Shown here piece by piece: positions 1 through 10,870 of a stretch of DNA of 64,000 nt. How positions within the stretch are numbered: the first letter of the stretch is position 1; each line of letters opens with the position of its first letter. The stretch lies in NCBI RefSeq assembly GCF_001677475.2, contig NZ_CP015229.1, one strand, 5' to 3'. The notes beneath the pieces were generated by a model, which was given only the letters and a program-made list of their open reading frames with translations, was not told the origin of the DNA and did not search any database. Source of the stretch: Escherichia coli (lineage in GTDB: Bacteria; Pseudomonadota; Gammaproteobacteria; Enterobacterales; Enterobacteriaceae). Both the position numbers and the translations under genes were made by a program.

Positions 1-565
1 AGAAAGCGATGAAGATACCCTGGCCTTCACACGAGACGAGCGCCAGTTCAGCAACTTATTGTTGGTTGAACAACCAAACGGCAATTTTGCCGACACCATT
101 GCACGCCAGTATTTCATCGATGCATGGCATGTGGCGCTCTTTACCCGTCTGATGGAAAGCCGCGAGCTGCAACTGGCGGCGATTTCTGCCAAAGCAATTA
201 AAGAAGCGCGTTATCACCTGCGTTTTAGTCGTGGCTGGCTGGAGCGACTGGGCAATGGTACTGACGTATCAGGGCAAAAGATGCAGCAGGCCATCGACAA
301 GTTGTGGCGTTTTACTGCCGAACTGTTCGATGCCGACGAGATTGATATTGCACTGAGTGAAGAGGGTATTGCGGTTGATCCACGCACTTTACGCGCAGCG
401 TGGGAAGCCGAAGTTTTTGCCGGGATCAACGAAGCCACATTGAATGTTCCGCAAGAGCAGGCGTATCGCACTGGCGGTAAAAAAGGACTGCATACCGAAC
501 ACCTTGGGCCAATGCTGGCAGAAATGCAGTATCTCCAGCGTGTCTTGCCCGGTCAGCAGTGGTAA
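1..565 (+). CDS. paaC: Phenylacetate-CoA oxygenase subunit PaaC, 3' portion (5' end lies upstream of the window)
   Basis: Reading frame is open from the window start (frame 2) to the TAA at 563-565; translation matches remembered PaaC C-terminal sequence; followed by paaD-paaK in canonical order. Confidence 0.9.
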   Translation, partial: ESDEDTLAFTRDERQFSNLLLVEQPNGNFADTIARQYFIDAWHVALFTRLMESRELQLAAISAKAIKEARYHLRFSRGWLERLGNGTDVSGQKMQQAIDKLWRFTAELFDADEIDIALSEEGIAVDPRTLRAAWEAEVFAGINEATLNVPQEQAYRTGGKKGLHTEHLGPMLAEMQYLQRVLPGQQW

Positions 566-579
566 CAGAGGAGATGGGT

Positions 580-1077
580 ATGCAACGTCTGGCCACCATT
601 GCACCGCCACAGGTGCATGAGATATGGGCGCTACTCAGCCTGATCCCGGACCCGGAGATCCCGGTGCTGACCATTACCGATTTAGGCATGGTGCGTAATG
701 TGACACAGATGGGAGAAGGATGGGTGATCGGCTTTACGCCGACATATTCCGGTTGTCCGGCAACGGAACATTTGATTGGCGCGATACGTGAGGCAATGTC
801 AACCCACGGGTTTACCCCCGTTCAGGTTGTGCTGCAACTTGACCCGGCATGGACCACCGACTGGATGACCCCCGATGCCCGTGAGCGTCTGCGAGAGTAT
901 GGCATTAGCCCGCCCGCAGGACACAGTTGCCATGCCCATTTGCCGCCAGAAGTACGTTGCCCGCGCTGCGCCAGCGTCCATACCACACTTATCAGTGAAT
1001 TTGGTTCCACGGCCTGCAAAGCATTGTACCGCTGCGATAGTTGCCGCGAACCTTTCGATTATTTCAAATGTATTTGA
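580..1077 (+). CDS. paaD: Phenylacetate degradation protein PaaD (165 aa)
   Basis: Track ORF 559..1077; start placed at ATG 580 (MQRLATIAPP...) to give the remembered 165-aa product; Cys-rich C-terminus. Confidence 0.85.
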   Translation: MQRLATIAPPQVHEIWALLSLIPDPEIPVLTITDLGMVRNVTQMGEGWVIGFTPTYSGCPATEHLIGAIREAMSTHGFTPVQVVLQLDPAWTTDWMTPDARERLREYGISPPAGHSCHAHLPPEVRCPRCASVHTTLISEFGSTACKALYRCDSCREPFDYFKCI

Positions 1078-1084
1078 GGATGCC

Positions 1085-2155
1085 ATGACAACGTTTCATT
1101 CCTTAACGGTGGCAAAAGTCGAGCCGGAAACCCGTGATGCGGTGACCATTACCTTTGCGGTGCCCCAGCCTTTGCAGGAGGCGTATCGCTTTCGCCCCGG
1201 TCAACATTTGACCTTAAAAGCCAGCTTTGATGGTGAAGAATTACGCCGTTGTTACTCCATTTGCCGCAGCTACCTGCCTGGCGAAATTAGCGTGGCGGTG
1301 AAAGCCATTGAAGGCGGACGTTTCTCCCGCTATGCCCGCGAACACATCCGCCAGGGTATGACGCTGGAGGTCATGGTGCCGCAGGGTCATTTCGGCTATC
1401 AGCCGCAGGCCGAACGCCAGGGGCGCTATCTGGCTATTGCAGCAGGATCAGGTATTACGCCAATGCTGGCGATTATCGCCACCACTTTACAAACCGAGCC
1501 TGAAAGTCAGTTCACCCTGATCTATGGTAACCGTACCAGCCAGAGCATGATGTTTCGCCAGGCACTGGCAGACCTGAAAGACAAATATCCTCAGCGTTTA
1601 CAGTTGTTGTGCATTTTCAGTCAGGAAACCCTCGACAGCGATCTGCTTCACGGGCGTATTGACGGTGAAAAATTACAGTCACTTGGGGCCTCGCTCATTA
1701 ATTTTCGTCTTTATGATGAGGCATTTATTTGTGGTCCGGCGGCGATGATGGATGAGACGGAAGCCGCCTTCAAAGCACTGGGAATGTCAGATAAAACCAT
1801 TCATCTGGAGCGGTTTAATACACCTGGCACGCGCGTCAAACGTAACGTTAACGTGCAAAGTGACGGACAAAAAGTGACTGTACGTCAGGATGGGCGGGAT
1901 CGGGAAATCGTGCTTAATGCCGACGATGAAAGTATTCTCGATGCGGCATTGCGCCAGGGGGCGGATCTGCCCTATGCCTGCAAAGGCGGCGTGTGTGCGA
2001 CCTGCAAATGCAAAGTGCTGCGTGGCAAAGTGGCGATGGAAACCAATTACAGTCTGGAACCGGATGAACTGGCCGCAGGCTATGTGTTAAGTTGCCAGGC
2101 ACTGCCGCTGACCAGCGATGTGGTGGTTGACTTTGACGCGAAGGGGATGGCATGA
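1085..2155 (+). CDS. paaE: Phenylacetate-CoA oxygenase reductase subunit PaaE (356 aa)
   Basis: In-frame within track ORF 875..2155; start at ATG 1085 (MTTFHSLTVAK); C-terminal CxxxxCxxC plant-type ferredoxin motif (CKGGVCATCKC). Confidence 0.9.
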   Translation: MTTFHSLTVAKVEPETRDAVTITFAVPQPLQEAYRFRPGQHLTLKASFDGEELRRCYSICRSYLPGEISVAVKAIEGGRFSRYAREHIRQGMTLEVMVPQGHFGYQPQAERQGRYLAIAAGSGITPMLAIIATTLQTEPESQFTLIYGNRTSQSMMFRQALADLKDKYPQRLQLLCIFSQETLDSDLLHGRIDGEKLQSLGASLINFRLYDEAFICGPAAMMDETEAAFKALGMSDKTIHLERFNTPGTRVKRNVNVQSDGQKVTVRQDGRDREIVLNADDESILDAALRQGADLPYACKGGVCATCKCKVLRGKVAMETNYSLEPDELAAGYVLSCQALPLTSDVVVDFDAKGMA

Positions 2156-2919
2156 GCGAACTGATCGTCAGCCGTCAGCAACAAGTATTGTTACTGACCC
2201 TTAACCGTCCCGCCGCACGTAATGCACTGAATAATGCTCTGCTGACGCAACTGGTAAATGAACTGGAAGCTGCGGCTATCGATAGCAGTATTTCGGCCTG
2301 TGTGATTACCGGTAATGCACGCTTTTTTGCCGCCGGGGCCGATCTCAACGAAATGGCAGAAAAAGATCTTGCGGCCACCTTAAACGATACACGCCCGCAG
2401 CTATGGGCGCGATTGCAGGCCTTTAACAAACCACTCATCGCAGCCGTCAACGGTTACGCGCTTGGTGCAGGTTGCGAACTGGCATTGTTGTGCGATGTGG
2501 TGGTTGCCGGAGAGAACGCGCGTTTTGGTTTGCCGGAAATCACTCTCGGCATCATGCCTGGCGCAGGAGGAACGCAACGTTTAATCCGTAGTGTCGGTAA
2601 ATCGTTAGCCAGCAAAATGGTGCTGAGCGGAGAAAGCATCACCGCCCAGCAAGCACTGCAGGCCGGGCTGGTTAGCGACGTCTTCCCCAGCGATTTAACC
2701 CTCGAATACGCCTTACAGCTGGCGTCGAAAATGGCACGTCACTCGCCGCTGGCCTTACAAGCGGCAAAGCAAGCGCTGCGCCAGTCGCAGGAAGTGGGTT
2801 TGCAAGCCGGACTTGCCCAGGAGCGACAGTTATTCACCTTGCTGGCGGCAACAGAAGATCGTCATGAAGGCATCTCCGCTTTTTTACAAAAACGCACGCC
2901 CGACTTTAAAGGACGCTAA
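2152..2919 (+). CDS. paaF: 2,3-dehydroadipyl-CoA hydratase (enoyl-CoA hydratase family)
   Basis: Track ORF, 255 aa; crotonase fold sequence; 4-bp overlap with paaE stop. Confidence 0.9.
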   Translation: MSELIVSRQQQVLLLTLNRPAARNALNNALLTQLVNELEAAAIDSSISACVITGNARFFAAGADLNEMAEKDLAATLNDTRPQLWARLQAFNKPLIAAVNGYALGAGCELALLCDVVVAGENARFGLPEITLGIMPGAGGTQRLIRSVGKSLASKMVLSGESITAQQALQAGLVSDVFPSDLTLEYALQLASKMARHSPLALQAAKQALRQSQEVGLQAGLAQERQLFTLLAATEDRHEGISAFLQKRTPDFKGR

Positions 2920-3707
2920 TGATGGAATTCATCCTCAGTCATGTAGAAAAGGGCGTGATGACACTAACGCTCAACCGCCCGGAACGCCTGAACAGTTTTA
3001 ATGATGAGATGCACGCACAACTGGCAGAGTGCCTGAAACAGGTCGAGCGCGACGACACTATCCGTTGCCTGTTAATTACAGGTGCCGGGCGCGGATTTTG
3101 TGCTGGTCAGGATCTTAACGATCGTAACGTTGATCCCACTGGCCCCGCACCGGATTTAGGTATGTCAGTGGAGCGTTTCTATAACCCACTGGTACGTCGC
3201 CTGGCAAAACTGCCAAAACCAGTGATCTGTGCAGTCAATGGCGTGGCGGCAGGAGCTGGCGCAACACTGGCACTGGGGTGCGATATCGTTATTGCTGCCC
3301 GTTCAGCAAAATTCGTCATGGCGTTTAGTAAGTTAGGTTTGGTACCCGATTGCGGTGGTACCTGGTTACTGCCACGCGTTGCCGGACGAGCGCGCGCCCT
3401 GGGGCTGGCACTGCTGGGGAATCAACTGAGTGCTGAACAGGCGCACGAATGGGGGATGATCTGGCAGGTTGTTGATGATGAAACGCTGGCAGATACCGCG
3501 CAACAGCTGGCACGTCATCTGGCGACACAACCGACATTTGGTCTTGGACTTATCAAGCAAGCGATAAATAGCTCTGAAACCAATACGCTCGATACGCAAC
3601 TGGATCTGGAACGCGACTATCAGCGACTTGCCGGACGGAGCGCAGATTATCGTGAAGGCGTCAGTGCATTCCTGGCTAAACGCTCACCGCAGTTCACGGG
3701 GAAATAG
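2919..3707 (+). CDS. paaG: 1,2-epoxyphenylacetyl-CoA isomerase (crotonase family)
   Basis: Track ORF, 262 aa; crotonase-like; start overlaps paaF stop. Confidence 0.9.
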   Translation: MMEFILSHVEKGVMTLTLNRPERLNSFNDEMHAQLAECLKQVERDDTIRCLLITGAGRGFCAGQDLNDRNVDPTGPAPDLGMSVERFYNPLVRRLAKLPKPVICAVNGVAAGAGATLALGCDIVIAARSAKFVMAFSKLGLVPDCGGTWLLPRVAGRARALGLALLGNQLSAEQAHEWGMIWQVVDDETLADTAQQLARHLATQPTFGLGLIKQAINSSETNTLDTQLDLERDYQRLAGRSADYREGVSAFLAKRSPQFTGK

Positions 3708-3708
3708 C

Positions 3709-5136
3709 ATGATGATAAATGTGCAAACTGTGGCAGTGATTGGGAGCGGCACCATGGGGGCAGGCATTGCTGAAGTTGCCGCCAGTCATGGACGTCAGGT
3801 TTTACTGTATGACATTTCTGCTGAAGCGCTGACCCGCGCAATAGACGGAATACACGCGCGGCTGAATTCACGCGTGAAGCGGGGAAAACTGACCGCTGAA
3901 ACCTGTGAACGCACATTGAAACGCCTGATCCCGGTGACCGATATTCACGCGCTGGCAGCAGCGGACCTGGTCATTGAAGCGGCGTCTGAGCGTCTGGACG
4001 TCAAAAAAGCGCTCTTTGCACAGCTGGCGGAAGTTTGCCCGCCACAAACGCTATTGACCACTAACACTTCGTCAATCTCTATAACCGCGATTGCTGCGGA
4101 GGTGAAGAATCCTGAACGTGTTGCGGGGCTGCATTTTTTTAACCCGGCACCGGTGATGAAGTTGGTGGAGGTGGTCAGTGGGCTGGCAACGGCGGCGGAA
4201 GTTGTCGAGCAGCTGTGTGAACTGACATTGAGTTGGGGTAAGCAGCCGGTGCGCTGTCATTCGACTCCTGGATTTATCGTTAACCGTGTAGCGCGTCCTT
4301 ATTATTCCGAGGCCTGGCGGGCACTGGAAGAGCAGGTTGCTGCACCAGAAGTGATTGACGCTGCGCTACGCGATGGCGCTGGTTTCCCGATGGGGCCGCT
4401 GGAATTAACCGATCTGATTGGTCAGGACGTCAATTTTGCTGTCACCTGTTCGGTGTTTAACGCTTTCTGGCAGGAGCGTCGTTTTTTACCTTCGCTGGTG
4501 CAACAGGAACTGGTGATTGGTGGACGGTTGGGCAAAAAAAGTGGGCTTGGCGTGTACGACTGGCGCGCGGAACGTGAGGCAGTTGTTGGCCTGGAAGCGG
4601 TTAGCGACAGTTTTAGCCCAATGAAAGTAGAAAATAAAAGTGACGGTGTCACGGAAATTGACGATGTTTTATTGATTGAGACACAAGGCGAGACGGCACA
4701 GGCGCTGGCAACACGACTGGCGCGCCCGGTGGTAGTGATCGACAAAATGGCGGGCAAGGTGGTGACCATTGCTGCTGCAGCGGTGAACCCGGACTCAGCG
4801 ACCCGCAAGGCCATTTATTACCTGCAACAGCAGGGCAAAACAGTGCTGCAAATTGCAGATTACCCAGGAATGCTGATTTGGCGAACGGTAGCAATGATCA
4901 TCAATGAAGCCCTCGATGCGCTGCAAAAAGGCGTGGCTTCTGAGCAGGATATCGATACCGCCATGCGTCTTGGGGTGAATTATCCATATGGCCCGCTTGC
5001 ATGGGGAGCGCAACTTGGCTGGCAGCGAATATTAAGGCTCCTGGAAAACCTACAACATCACTATGGCGAAGAACGCTATCGCCCATGTTCATTGCTGCGC
5101 CAACGGGCGCTTCTGGAGAGCGGTTATGAGTCATAA
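3709..5136 (+). CDS. paaH: 3-hydroxyadipyl-CoA dehydrogenase (475 aa)
   Basis: Start at ATG 3709 immediately after paaG stop; N-terminal Rossmann motif VIGSGTMGAGIA; track ORF 3628..5136 includes an upstream extension that overlaps paaG. Confidence 0.9.
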   Translation: MMINVQTVAVIGSGTMGAGIAEVAASHGRQVLLYDISAEALTRAIDGIHARLNSRVKRGKLTAETCERTLKRLIPVTDIHALAAADLVIEAASERLDVKKALFAQLAEVCPPQTLLTTNTSSISITAIAAEVKNPERVAGLHFFNPAPVMKLVEVVSGLATAAEVVEQLCELTLSWGKQPVRCHSTPGFIVNRVARPYYSEAWRALEEQVAAPEVIDAALRDGAGFPMGPLELTDLIGQDVNFAVTCSVFNAFWQERRFLPSLVQQELVIGGRLGKKSGLGVYDWRAEREAVVGLEAVSDSFSPMKVENKSDGVTEIDDVLLIETQGETAQALATRLARPVVVIDKMAGKVVTIAAAAVNPDSATRKAIYYLQQQGKTVLQIADYPGMLIWRTVAMIINEALDALQKGVASEQDIDTAMRLGVNYPYGPLAWGAQLGWQRILRLLENLQHHYGEERYRPCSLLRQRALLESGYES

Positions 5137-5548
5137 GGCCTGGCAAAATGCCCATGCAATGTATGAGAACGATGCCTGCGCCAAAGCGCTTGGCATCGAC
5201 ATTATCTCAATGGATGAAGGCTTTGCTGTAGTGACCATGACCGTCACTGCACAAATGCTTAATGGTCATCAAAGTTGCCATGGTGGGCAGCTATTTTCAC
5301 TGGCTGATACTGCCTTTGCCTACGCCTGCAATAGCCAGGGGCTGGCAGCCGTCGCTTCTGGCTGCACGATTGATTTTTTACGTCCAGGCTTTGCCGGAGA
5401 CACCTTAACTGCGACTGCGCAGGTACGTCATCAGGGCAAGCAAACCGGTGTTTACGACATCGAAATTGTTAACCAACAACAAAAAACGGTTGCGCTGTTT
5501 CGCGGTAAATCTCACCGCATCGGCGGCACCATTACAGGAGAAGCCTGA
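5126..5548 (+). CDS. paaI: Hotdog-fold acyl-CoA thioesterase PaaI (140 aa)
   Basis: Start at ATG 5126 (MSHKAWQNAH) within track ORF 5063..5548; overlaps paaH 3' end. Confidence 0.85.
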   Translation: MSHKAWQNAHAMYENDACAKALGIDIISMDEGFAVVTMTVTAQMLNGHQSCHGGQLFSLADTAFAYACNSQGLAAVASGCTIDFLRPGFAGDTLTATAQVRHQGKQTGVYDIEIVNQQQKTVALFRGKSHRIGGTITGEA

Positions 5549-6753
5549 TGCGTGAAGCCTTTATATGTGACGGAATTCGTACACCAATTGGCCGCTACGG
5601 TGGGACATTATCAGGTGTTCGGGCTGACGATCTGGCAGCTATGCCTTTGCGGGAGTTGCTGGTGCGAAACCCGCGTCTCGATGCGGAGTGTATCGATGAT
5701 GTGATCCTTGGCTGTGCTAATCAGGCGGGAGAAGATAACCGTAACGTAGCACGGATGGCGACGTTACTGGCGGGGCTGCCGCAGAGTGTTTCCGGCACAA
5801 CCATTAACCGCTTGTGTGGTTCCGGGCTGGACGCGCTGGGGTTTGCTGCTCGGGCGATTAAAGCGGGCGATGGCGACTTGCTGATCGCCGGTGGTGTGGA
5901 ATCAATGTCACGGGCGCCGTTTGTTATGGGCAAGGCAACCAGTGCATTTTCTCGTCAGGCAGAGATGTTTGATACCACTATTGGCTGGCGATTTGTGAAC
6001 CCGCTCATGGCTCAGCAATTTGGAACTGACAGCATGCCGGAAACGGCAGAGAATGTAGCTGAACTGTTAAAAATCTCGCGAGAAGATCAAGATAGTTTTG
6101 CGCTACGCAGTCAGCAACGTACGGCAAAAGCGCAATCTTCAGGCATTTTAGCTGAAGAGATTGTTCCGGTTGTGTTGAAAAACAAAAAAGGTGTTGTAAC
6201 AGAAATACAACATGACGAGCATCTGCGCCCGGAAACGACGCTGGAACAGTTACGTGGACTAAAAGCACCATTTCGTGCCAATGGAGTGATCACCGCAGGC
6301 AATGCCTCCGGGGTGAATGATGGAGCCGCTGCGTTGATTATTGCCAGTGAACAGATGGCAGCAGCGCAAGGACTGACACCGCGGGCGCGTATCGTAGCCA
6401 TGGCAACCGCCGGGGTGGAACCGCGTCTGATGGGGCTTGGTCCGGTGCCTGCAACTCGCAGGGTGCTGGAACGCGCGGGGCTGAGTATTCACGATATGGA
6501 CGTGATTGAACTGAACGAAGCGTTCGCGGCCCAGGCGTTGGGTGTACTACGCGAATTGGGGCTGCCTGATGATGCCCCACATGTTAACCCCAACGGAGGC
6601 GCTATCGCCTTAGGCCATCCGTTGGGAATGAGTGGTACCCGCCTGGCACTGGCTGCCAGCCATGAGCTGCATCGGCGTAACGGTCGTTACGCATTGTGCA
6701 CCATGTGCATCGGTGTCGGTCAGGGCATCGCCATGATTCTGGAGCGTGTTTGA
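5548..6753 (+). CDS. paaJ: 3-oxoadipyl-CoA / 3-oxo-5,6-dehydrosuberyl-CoA thiolase
   Basis: Track ORF, 401 aa; thiolase signatures ([10 protein letters not shown]..., C-terminal CIGVGQG). Confidence 0.9.
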   Translation: MREAFICDGIRTPIGRYGGTLSGVRADDLAAMPLRELLVRNPRLDAECIDDVILGCANQAGEDNRNVARMATLLAGLPQSVSGTTINRLCGSGLDALGFAARAIKAGDGDLLIAGGVESMSRAPFVMGKATSAFSRQAEMFDTTIGWRFVNPLMAQQFGTDSMPETAENVAELLKISREDQDSFALRSQQRTAKAQSSGILAEEIVPVVLKNKKGVVTEIQHDEHLRPETTLEQLRGLKAPFRANGVITAGNASGVNDGAAALIIASEQMAAAQGLTPRARIVAMATAGVEPRLMGLGPVPATRRVLERAGLSIHDMDVIELNEAFAAQALGVLRELGLPDDAPHVNPNGGAIALGHPLGMSGTRLALAASHELHRRNGRYALCTMCIGVGQGIAMILERV

Positions 6754-6779
6754 GCATATCAACCTGCGAGTACCCTACA

Positions 6780-8093
6780 ATGATAACCAATACAAAGCTT
6801 GACCCGATTGAAACCGCGTCTGTTGATGAGTTACAGGCGTTGCAAACACAGCGTCTGAAATGGACGCTCAAACACGCGTATGAAAATGTGCCGATGTATC
6901 GGCGCAAATTCGACGCAGCAGGCGTACATCCTGATGATTTCAGGGAACTTTCAGACCTGCGTAAATTTCCCTGTACCACCAAACAGGATCTGCGCGACAA
7001 CTATCCCTTCGACACCTTTGCCGTGCCGATGGAACAAGTGGTGCGCATTCATGCTTCTTCGGGAACCACAGGTAAACCGACAGTTGTCGGCTATACGCAA
7101 AACGATATTGATAACTGGGCCAATATTGTAGCGCGTTCCTTGCGTGCGGCAGGTGGCACGCCCAAAGACAAAATTCATGTTGCCTATGGTTACGGCCTGT
7201 TTACTGGTGGGCTGGGCGCGCACTATGGTGCCGAACGTCTGGGCGCTACGGTGATCCCGATGTCTGGCGGGCAGACGGAAAAACAAGCGCAACTGATCCG
7301 CGATTTTCAACCAGATATGATCATGGTTACGCCATCTTATTGCCTTAACCTGATTGAAGAGCTGGAGCGGCAGTTGGGCGGTGATGCCAGCGGTTGCTCG
7401 CTGCGAGTTGGAGTGTTTGGTGCTGAGCCGTGGACACAGGCCATGCGTAAAGAGATTGAGCGTCGCCTGGGGATCACCGCACTGGATATTTACGGCCTGT
7501 CAGAAGTGATGGGGCCGGGGGTGGCGATGGAGTGTCTGGAAACTACCGACGGCCCAACCATTTGGGAAGATCATTTCTATCCTGAAATTGTTAATCCTCA
7601 GGACGGCACACCACTTGCCGATGGCGAACATGGCGAACTGTTATTCACCACGCTGACCAAAGAAGCATTGCCGGTCATTCGTTACCGCACGCGTGATTTA
7701 ACCCGACTGTTACCAGGAACGGCGCGGACTATGCGCCGCATGGATCGCATCAGCGGACGCAGCGATGACATGTTGATCATTCGCGGTGTAAATGTATTCC
7801 CGTCACAATTGGAAGAAGAGATTGTCAAATTCGAACATTTATCGCCGCATTACCAACTGGAGGTGAACCGCCGGGGGCATCTTGATTCACTTTCTGTGAA
7901 AGTGGAGTTGAAAGAAAGTAGCCTGACATTGACGCATGAGCAGCGTTGCCAGGTGTGCCACCAGTTGCGCCATCGGATTAAGTCGATGGTGGGGATCTCT
8001 ACCGATGTGATGATCGTTAACTGTGGCAGTATCCCGCGTTCAGAAGGCAAGGCGTGTCGGGTGTTTGATCTGCGCAATATTGTTGGTGCCTGA
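6780..8093 (+). CDS. paaK: Phenylacetate-CoA ligase (437 aa)
   Basis: Start at ATG 6780 (MITNTKLDPIE) within track ORF 6696..8093; adenylate-forming enzyme motif SSGTTGKPT. Confidence 0.9.
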   Translation: MITNTKLDPIETASVDELQALQTQRLKWTLKHAYENVPMYRRKFDAAGVHPDDFRELSDLRKFPCTTKQDLRDNYPFDTFAVPMEQVVRIHASSGTTGKPTVVGYTQNDIDNWANIVARSLRAAGGTPKDKIHVAYGYGLFTGGLGAHYGAERLGATVIPMSGGQTEKQAQLIRDFQPDMIMVTPSYCLNLIEELERQLGGDASGCSLRVGVFGAEPWTQAMRKEIERRLGITALDIYGLSEVMGPGVAMECLETTDGPTIWEDHFYPEIVNPQDGTPLADGEHGELLFTTLTKEALPVIRYRTRDLTRLLPGTARTMRRMDRISGRSDDMLIIRGVNVFPSQLEEEIVKFEHLSPHYQLEVNRRGHLDSLSVKVELKESSLTLTHEQRCQVCHQLRHRIKSMVGISTDVMIVNCGSIPRSEGKACRVFDLRNIVGA

Positions 8094-8101
8094 CGTGTCG
8101 C

Positions 8102-8133
8102 CTGGCCCTGGTGAGGTAAAGCGCCAGGGCCAG
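8102..8133 (+). terminator. GC-rich hairpin after paaK (10-bp perfect stem CTGGCCCTGG/CCAGGGCCAG), no U-tract
   Basis: Inverted repeat read directly; lies 9 bp after paaK stop. Confidence 0.4.
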
Positions 8134-8193
8134 AAGTCGATACGACCTGTGCTATGATTCATAAATCACAACAATAACAACAGACTGAATCGA

Positions 8194-9144
8194 ATGAGTA
8201 AACTTGATACTTTTATCCAACATGCTGTCAACGCTGTTCCTGTCAGTGGCACATCTTTGATCTCCTCTCTGTATGGTGATTCGCTTTCCCATCGTGGTGG
8301 TGAAATCTGGCTGGGTAGTCTGGCTGCTTTGCTGGAAGGGCTGGGATTTGGTGAGCGTTTCGTCCGCACCGCTTTGTTTCGTCTTAATAAAGAAGGCTGG
8401 CTGGATGTTTCCCGCATCGGGCGACGCAGTTTCTATAGCCTCAGTGATAAAGGCTTGCGTCTGACGCGACGGGCAGAAAGTAAAATTTATCGCGCAGAGC
8501 AACCTGCATGGGATGGTAAATGGCTCCTGTTGCTCTCGGAAGGTTTAGATAAATCAACGCTGGCTGATGTCAAAAAGCAGTTGATCTGGCAAGGTTTTGG
8601 CGCACTGGCACCCAGCCTGATGGCATCGCCGTCGCAAAAACTGGCGGATGTACAGACACTTTTGCATGAAGCGGGTGTGGCGGATAACGTGATTTGTTTT
8701 GAAGCGCAAATACCACTGGCGCTTTCTCGTGCAGCACTGCGTGCCAGAGTGGAAGAGTGCTGGCATTTAACTGAACAAAATGCCATGTACGAAACCTTTA
8801 TTCAGTCATTCCGCCCGCTGGTGCCGCTGTTAAAAGAGACGGCAGACGAGTTAACCCCGGAGCGTGCATTTCATATTCAGCTTTTACTGATCCATTTTTA
8901 TCGCCGTGTCGTCCTTAAAGACCCATTATTGCCGGAGGAGTTGCTTCCGGCACACTGGGCAGGGCATACGGCGCGTCAGCTGTGTATCAACATTTATCAG
9001 CGCGTAGCGCCTGCTGCTTTAGCGTTCGTTAGTGAAAAAGGTGAAACCTCGGTCGGTGAACTGCCTTCGCCGGGTAGCCTGTATTTTCAACGTTTTGGCG
9101 GTTTGAATATTGAACAGGAGGCGTTATGCCAATTTATCAGATAG
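8194..9144 (+). CDS. paaX: Phenylacetyl-CoA-responsive transcriptional repressor of the paa operon
   Basis: Track ORF, 316 aa; matches remembered PaaX. Confidence 0.9.
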   Translation: MSKLDTFIQHAVNAVPVSGTSLISSLYGDSLSHRGGEIWLGSLAALLEGLGFGERFVRTALFRLNKEGWLDVSRIGRRSFYSLSDKGLRLTRRAESKIYRAEQPAWDGKWLLLLSEGLDKSTLADVKKQLIWQGFGALAPSLMASPSQKLADVQTLLHEAGVADNVICFEAQIPLALSRAALRARVEECWHLTEQNAMYETFIQSFRPLVPLLKETADELTPERAFHIQLLLIHFYRRVVLKDPLLPEELLPAHWAGHTARQLCINIYQRVAPAALAFVSEKGETSVGELPSPGSLYFQRFGGLNIEQEALCQFIR

Positions 9145-9716
9145 ACGGTCTGACTCCGGTTGTACCAGAAGAGAGTTTTGTTCATCCGACAGCGGTATTG
9201 ATCGGCGATGTTATTCTCGGCAAGGGCGTTTACGTTGGACCAAATGCCAGTCTGCGTGGCGATTTTGGTCGTATCGTGGTGAAAGATGGCGCGAACATTC
9301 AGGATAATTGCGTTATGCACGGTTTTCCCGAGCAGGATACTGTCGTTGAAGAAGATGGGCATATTGGTCATAGCGCTATCCTTCACGGCTGCATTATCCG
9401 CCGCAATGCATTAGTGGGAATGAACGCGGTCGTGATGGACGGTGCGGTGATTGGCGAGAATAGCATTGTTGGCGCATCCGCATTTGTGAAAGCCAAAGCA
9501 GAAATGCCTGCTAATTACCTGATTGTCGGCAGCCCGGCGAAACCGATTCGTGAACTCAGTGAGCAGGAGCTGGCATGGAAAAAGCAGGGCACGCATGAGT
9601 ATCAGGTGCTGGTGACACGTTGTAAGCAGACGTTGCATCAAGTCGAACCATTGCGGGAAGTTGAGGCTGGCAGGCAGCGTCTGGTATTTGATGAGAATCT
9701 GCGACCGAAACAGTAA
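9126..9716 (+). CDS. paaY: Hexapeptide-repeat thioesterase PaaY
   Basis: Track ORF, 196 aa; left-handed beta-helix hexapeptide repeats; overlaps paaX 3' end. Confidence 0.9.
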   Translation: MPIYQIDGLTPVVPEESFVHPTAVLIGDVILGKGVYVGPNASLRGDFGRIVVKDGANIQDNCVMHGFPEQDTVVEEDGHIGHSAILHGCIIRRNALVGMNAVVMDGAVIGENSIVGASAFVKAKAEMPANYLIVGSPAKPIRELSEQELAWKKQGTHEYQVLVTRCKQTLHQVEPLREVEAGRQRLVFDENLRPKQ

Positions 9717-9759
9717 CGTCCTGATGCTGGACGTTCTAATTTTTAGCATGTGATACCTA

Positions 9760-9793
9760 AACCGCAACGCTGATACAGGTTGCGGTTTTTTTA
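9760..9793 (+). terminator. Rho-independent terminator downstream of paaY
   Basis: Stem AACCGCAAC/GTTGCGGTT followed by T7 run. Confidence 0.7.
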
Positions 9794-9947
9794 TTGCCGA
9801 ATGCGGCGCTTTACGCGTTTTGTTTTGGTGTCTTTCAGGACAATAGAGCAACTCATCCAGTAATCTTGTTTACGCCTTCGCATTATTTATCTCTTTTCGT
9901 TTCTATACTGATTTTTCTCAATCCGTTTTATTACAGGGCAGGGTGCG

Positions 9948-10808
9948 ATGAGCAGCAATACATTTACTCTCGGTACTAAATCCGTTAACCGTCTTGGTTA
10001 TGGCGCGATGCAACTGGCAGGTCCTGGGGTTTTTGGCCCCCCAAGAGATCGCCACGTCGCTATAACCGTGCTGCGTGAGGCGCTGGCATTGGGCGTCAAT
10101 CACATTGATACCAGCGACTTTTATGGTCCGCACGTCACCAATCAGATTATCCGCGAAGCGCTTTATCCTTACTCTGACGACCTGACAATTGTCACTAAAA
10201 TTGGTGCGCGGCGTGGAGAGGACGCTTCCTGGTTGCCCGCCTTTTCTCCGTCAGAGCTGCAAAAAGCGGTGCACGATAATCTACGTAATCTCGGGCTGGA
10301 CGTACTGGATGTGGTTAACTTGCGCATTATGATGGGGGATGGTCATGGCCCAGCGGAAGGCTCGATTGAGGCCAGCCTGACCGTGCTGGCAGAGATGCAA
10401 CAACAAGGCCTGGTAAAACATATTGGCCTGAGCAACGTCACACCGACGCAGGTTGCAGAGGCGCGCAAGATTGCCGAAATTGTCTGTGTGCAAAACGAAT
10501 ACAACATCGCGCACCGTGCTGATGATGCAATGATTGATGCTTTGGCCCACGATGGCATTGCCTACGTGCCGTTCTTCCCGCTCGGGGGCTTTACACCGCT
10601 GCAATCCTCTACGCTGTCGGATGTTGCTGCGAGCCTGGGTGCAACACCCATGCAGGTGGCGCTGGCGTGGCTGTTACAACGTTCACCGAATATTTTGCTG
10701 ATCCCAGGGACGTCTTCTGTTGCTCATTTACGGGAGAATATGGCTGCTGAAAAATTGCATCTTTCTGAGGAAGTGTTGTCTACGTTGGATGGTATTTCGC
10801 GAGAATAA
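9948..10808 (+). CDS. ydbC: Aldo-keto reductase family oxidoreductase
   Basis: Track ORF, 286 aa; AKR-type sequence (IDTSDFYGP); matches remembered YdbC. Confidence 0.85.
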   Translation: MSSNTFTLGTKSVNRLGYGAMQLAGPGVFGPPRDRHVAITVLREALALGVNHIDTSDFYGPHVTNQIIREALYPYSDDLTIVTKIGARRGEDASWLPAFSPSELQKAVHDNLRNLGLDVLDVVNLRIMMGDGHGPAEGSIEASLTVLAEMQQQGLVKHIGLSNVTPTQVAEARKIAEIVCVQNEYNIAHRADDAMIDALAHDGIAYVPFFPLGGFTPLQSSTLSDVAASLGATPMQVALAWLLQRSPNILLIPGTSSVAHLRENMAAEKLHLSEEVLSTLDGISRE

Positions 10809-10870
10809 CGAATATACAAAAGGGAAAGATGCATTTCCCTTTTTTTCTTTTTTAATGGCATGGAGTGCAT

